This document shows, piece after piece, positions 60,471 through 64,000 of a stretch of 64,000 bases of DNA (the first letter of the stretch is position 1; the number at the start of each line of letters is the position of its first letter). Position numbers and translations under genes: made by a program. The DNA lies in contig NW_024704742.1 of assembly GCF_018977255.1 (NCBI RefSeq), forward strand, positions 66,652,001-66,716,000, given 5' to 3'. Below the pieces are notes generated by a model, which was not told where the DNA came from, made no database searches, and saw only the letters and a list, made by a program, of their open reading frames with translations. Source of the DNA: Callorhinchus milii. Lineage: Eukaryota.

Positions 60471-61289
60471 TAGTGAGGAGTAGACCTGCCATGTGTACTC
60501 AGAGCGAGAGCAACATAGACGGGTGCCACTGTTTCTCTTTCTCACCTATAAGTGGGTGCAGGGAGATTCCAATCCCTGACAGTAGGGACCTTGAGCTCAT
60601 AATCTAAGTTGACACTCCAATGCAGTGTTGAAGATCGCATGGCACTATTCAAAACAAAAAGGGAGTTTCTCTTAGTGTCCTGGCCAACCATCTCCTGAAT
60701 AAAATCGATCACTCACTGTGTGGGTGCTTTGACATGTCTTGATGACAAGATAATGAAAGTTTATTGTTTATTATTATTTTTATTATTATTATTGTAATAC
60801 TGGGAAAGCATTGCATTGGAAGTGCCGCCCTTCAGGTATCAAGTTAAACCAAGTTCCCATCTGCCCTTTCAGGTTGGATATTAAAGCACTCCACATTCAC
60901 TAACATCTGTTCTATGATGATCCAGTGTTGCGAAGAGATGAGTTGCATTCCTCACTGTGAGCTGGTGAGTATGGATCTGCTTCGTTGATGGTCTCTGCTC
61001 ATACCGCACTCCTCTGCCCCAGCCCCCATCTCCATTCACCTAACAACAGGCCTACTGCATATCCCCTGTCCCTTCATAGAACTTTACAGCATAAAAGATG
61101 GCCATTCAGTCATCACATCCCCACTGGTTCTTTTAAGAGCAATCTTTTCAGTCACATTTGCCTGCCCTTCCCTGTATCCGTGTAGTTTATTCTTTGTTAG
61201 ATTATCGGTAGCTGAGATTTTAGTCATTACACTACAACTCTAACTCCCTGACATATTTTGTCTTAAACATTCAGATAAATCAACATAAC

Positions 61290-61399
61290 TGTAGAAAATT
61301 CTTAAATTCAGGTATTAATTTGGAAACCAGTTTCCAAATTCCAAAGTGCGCTTTCCATCCAGTTTCCAAATTTCAGACTGAAGTTAAGAATTTTCCACA
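61290..61399. repeat. Imperfect palindrome (38-bp arms, 31/38 matched), possible ancient MITE remnant
   Basis: TGTAGAAAATTCTTAAATTCAG...AATTTGGAAAC (61290-61327) vs GTTTCCAAATTT...CTGAAGTTAAGAATTTTCCACA (61362-61399). Confidence 0.6.
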
Positions 61400-61699
61400 A
61401 TTCTCCACAATCTTCAATTACACAGGATAAGACTGTATGAAATTTTGAGGCTCTGAAGATTGATCTGTTGGCACGTCCCAGTTGATGGTGAATTTTATCC
61501 CGACCTCCCTCCTCCGCACTAACTGCATTCCCAACAACTCAAGCCAAAACACATGCCTACAAATTCCTCATCACCACAACATGCAAGAGTAATCAGGATG
61601 ACTGGAACCTGCAAGACATCTGCTTGAAAAGCGCTAGATCAAATGTAAGGATCATTATTGTTATTATTATTACCTCAATCACTGGGGGCTTCTGTTAAC

Positions 61700-62026
61700 T
61701 GAAGAGAAAGCCTTAATGGGTAGGATGGTCCTAGCTGGACATATAGCAGGAAGCTTGCCAGACAGTGCTTTCAATGCAAGCTATGCGTTTTCTGTAGATT
61801 AAACTCCAGGAGATACCCCCAACACACCCTCTAGGGTTTGCTCTTGCCAACCTGCGTGGAATACTCTCTGAAATTAGGTAAGCCTCCAGGGAGAGAGTGC
61901 ACATTCCATTACAATACATGGAAATTTCCATGTGTTGGTGGCAAATGTGGAACTCTCAGATGTGTTTGGATACTCTTAAACTCAGGTGCGGATCTTCACA
62001 CATGTCGGACACCCAACTGACCCAAA
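61700..62026 (+). mobile_element. Unclassified repeat family C
   Basis: AAGCTTGCCAG...AAACTCCAGGAGATACCCCCAACACACCCTCTAGGG...CTCTTGCCAACCTG...TTCCATGTGTTGGTGGCAAATGTGGAA...TTTGGATACTCTTAAA...CATGTCGGACACCCAACTGACCCAAA. Confidence 0.78.
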
Positions 62027-62509
62027 TCTTGTATACACTGCGCAAACAGATAATAAATGGGATAGCAAGTGAAGCTCAGGTGCATAATTGTTACATCACT
62101 GGAGAGGACGGGTGTGTGACTCACACAGATCTGTGCCTGTGGTCTTTGTACGTGACGTGATTGTTCTCATTTATAATGTAAAGGTCACACACTCGGTAAA
62201 TCAATACCAGCCTGGGTTAGTGCTGGGGCAGAATCTGAATTAATCATTGTAACTGGAGTGAATGCAGCATCTTTTTAATAATATCTTTTGTCGTTACATT
62301 TTTCCAGGTGTTTAGCTGGTCGTTTACTGATGTTGCTGCTTCATTACATCAAGGAGTCTAACAAGACCTGAAGGGGGGTAGGTGGGCAGGACGGGTAAAC
62401 AGGAATCCTAAATTTTACAGCACAGCACAGAATAATAAAAATAGTTCTTACATTTTATTAGCGACTTTCGAATCGGAGGATGCCCAAAGCGCTTCTCAGG
62501 ATTTACTGT

Positions 62510-62745
62510 ATGGGGCCACAGACATAGAGTGGGGCAAGATCATGGAGGGATTTAAAAGTGAGGCTGAGTATCCTTAACTTGATCCTCTGAGGGATCGGGA
62601 GTCAGGTGAGTTTTGCGGAGCCTAGTGCGGGAAAGAACACAAGCTGCGGAGTTCTGAATTAGGTCTTGTAGAGGGAAGAGTTAGGAATTCCAGTGAGCAG
62701 AAAATTGGCGTAGTCAAGCCTAGACATGACAAAAACATGGATAAC
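62510..62745 (-). mobile_element. L2 ORF2 internal fragment, decayed
   Basis: Revcomp IHVFVMSRLDYANFLLTGIPNSSL...IQNSAACVLSRTR. Confidence 0.8.
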
Positions 62746-63379
62746 GGATAACCATCTAAATATTCTCTGAATATCATGAATTTCCTTACTTTGCTGCATT
62801 GAGGTATTGGTAACTAGTTTATCTTACACTGACCCTGTGTTTCTGTTAAAGGCATTTCTCCCGTTGTCCTAGCCGACAATCTTCCAGATTATCAACCTTT
62901 GCCCATTCACTGTAGGCATGTAAGTGGGAACTTGCTGCGTGCAATTGACATATGGGTTCGTGCAAAAACACCTAAGTCGCTACACTTGTCAGCAATTGCC
63001 TGTGCAGTGTTTTGAGATGTCTGAACCTTATAGGTGCTGTAACTGGATGATAATAATGAACCTTGCATTTAATATAGAGCCGTTATCAAGTCGTTGAAAA
63101 GTCTTGAAGCACTTCACAGGATTGTAGCTACAAAATACACAGTCATTAAGTCTGGCACAGAATGACGACTCTCACAATTATAATAATAATATTAATAATT
63201 ATAATGATTCTTTGATTTGACATAGCCTTTCCCATTGGGAGGATGTCTCAAAGCGCTTCACAAGATGTAGTGTAAAATGTAGTGGCTATGTGTTTTGTGG
63301 ATGAATGGGGCAGTCAATCAAGCTGAGAATACTTTGGACACTGTGTACAAGCAGTACATAGAATTACATAATAATAATA

Positions 63380-63690
63380 TGTAATAATCCTTGCATCTGT
63401 TATAGCATCTTATCACGTCTCAACATTTCAAGACGTTTCAACATCGCAAAGCCCATCACAGATTATAGTGTGAAATGGATTGCCTGTATATTTTGTGGGT
63501 CAAACACAGCAGCCAATTGCACACAGCAGTGTCACACAGTTGTGGATTCAGTTGCTGTGGACTGGGTGACCAAATGTTTTTTGGAGGAAGGTTATTATCC
63601 CCGAAAAGCGATCCACCAATCAGCTAACAACCGGGTTCCTACTTAGTGCTCGGTAAACTGAGGTGTGTGAAGTCAGGTATCGCCCTGCCC
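63380..63690 (-). mobile_element. Family A SINE, head truncated
   Basis: Tail; GAAAAGCGATCCACCAATCAGCTAACAACCGGGTTCCTACTTAGTGCTCGGTAAAC. Confidence 0.82.
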
Positions 63691-63859
63691 AGCAAAGACC
63701 ACTTGACCCAACTAGTCTGTACCGGTGTTTATGATCCGCACAAGCCCCCCCTTCCTCCTAAAGAACACATTTTAACTATGAGCAAGAAAGAAGGTATTTG
63801 TGTTTCATTGTATCATATTGTGTTGAAATGCTTCAAAACACCTCATAATATTAACTAGT

Positions 63860-64000
63860 AGGAAGTAATTCTGCCCTCTGGAACTCCATCCCGCAATTCC
63901 TCCGCCTTGTTCCCTCCCTTACCTCCTTCAAGATCCGTCTCAAGACCCTCCTCTTCGACCATGCCTTCGGTCACCCTCCTTCAGCCCCTGCTCTCCACCC
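63860..64000 (+). mobile_element. L2 3' fragment running off the window
   Basis: LWNSIPQFLRLVPSLTSFKIRLKTLLFDHAF. Confidence 0.85.

Noticed and set aside
60890..61080. Possible decayed Penelope ORF fragment (ICSxDD-like)
   Set aside because: Too degenerate to support without a profile search
62290..62385. Acceptor TTTTTCCAG and donor-like GGG|GTAGGT as a coding exon
   Set aside because: All three frames contain stops; at most a non-coding exon, which I cannot support
1..64000. A novel multi-gene or RNA-guided system
   Set aside because: No intact enzyme ORF, operon-like arrangement or repeat-spacer array; all recognisable coding remnants are dead transposon fragments

Overview
Non-coding, repeat-dense vertebrate genomic DNA. 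The repeat content (tRNA-headed DeuSINEs, a second tRNA(Ala/Val-like)-headed SINE with a CORE-like middle, L2 and CR1 LINE 3' fragments, a Penelope-type fragment) points to a cartilaginous fish, probably a holocephalan such as Callorhinchus; this is an inference from recalled repeat consensus sequences, not a database result. I found no recognisable host protein-coding exon, rRNA, genuine tRNA or CRISPR array. Every ORF-track entry I can recognise is a decayed transposon protein (L2 ORF2 at 19.7-20.2 and 59.3-59.9 kb, CR1 ORF2 at 2.9-3.2, 42.5-43.3 and 60.1-60.5 kb, a mariner transposase at 12.1-12.6 kb); the rest look like chance ORFs. Between the repeats lie about 20 repeat-free blocks rich in homeodomain, TCF, GATA and RFX-type motifs, as expected for a large intron or gene desert holding conserved non-coding enhancers near a developmental regulator (gene not identifiable). 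The most unusual items are: an unclassified hairpin-bearing, poly(A)-ended repeat family (7 copies); a Penelope-type minimal hammerhead ribozyme relic; an internally deleted mariner with one recognisable TIR; several locally templated insertions/duplications; two SINE families sharing an L2 tail; and a 29-bp minisatellite. I cannot support a claim of a new multi-gene system. Repeat boundaries are approximate (about +/-10-20 bp), and many short tail-only SINE/L2 fragments are not listed individually.
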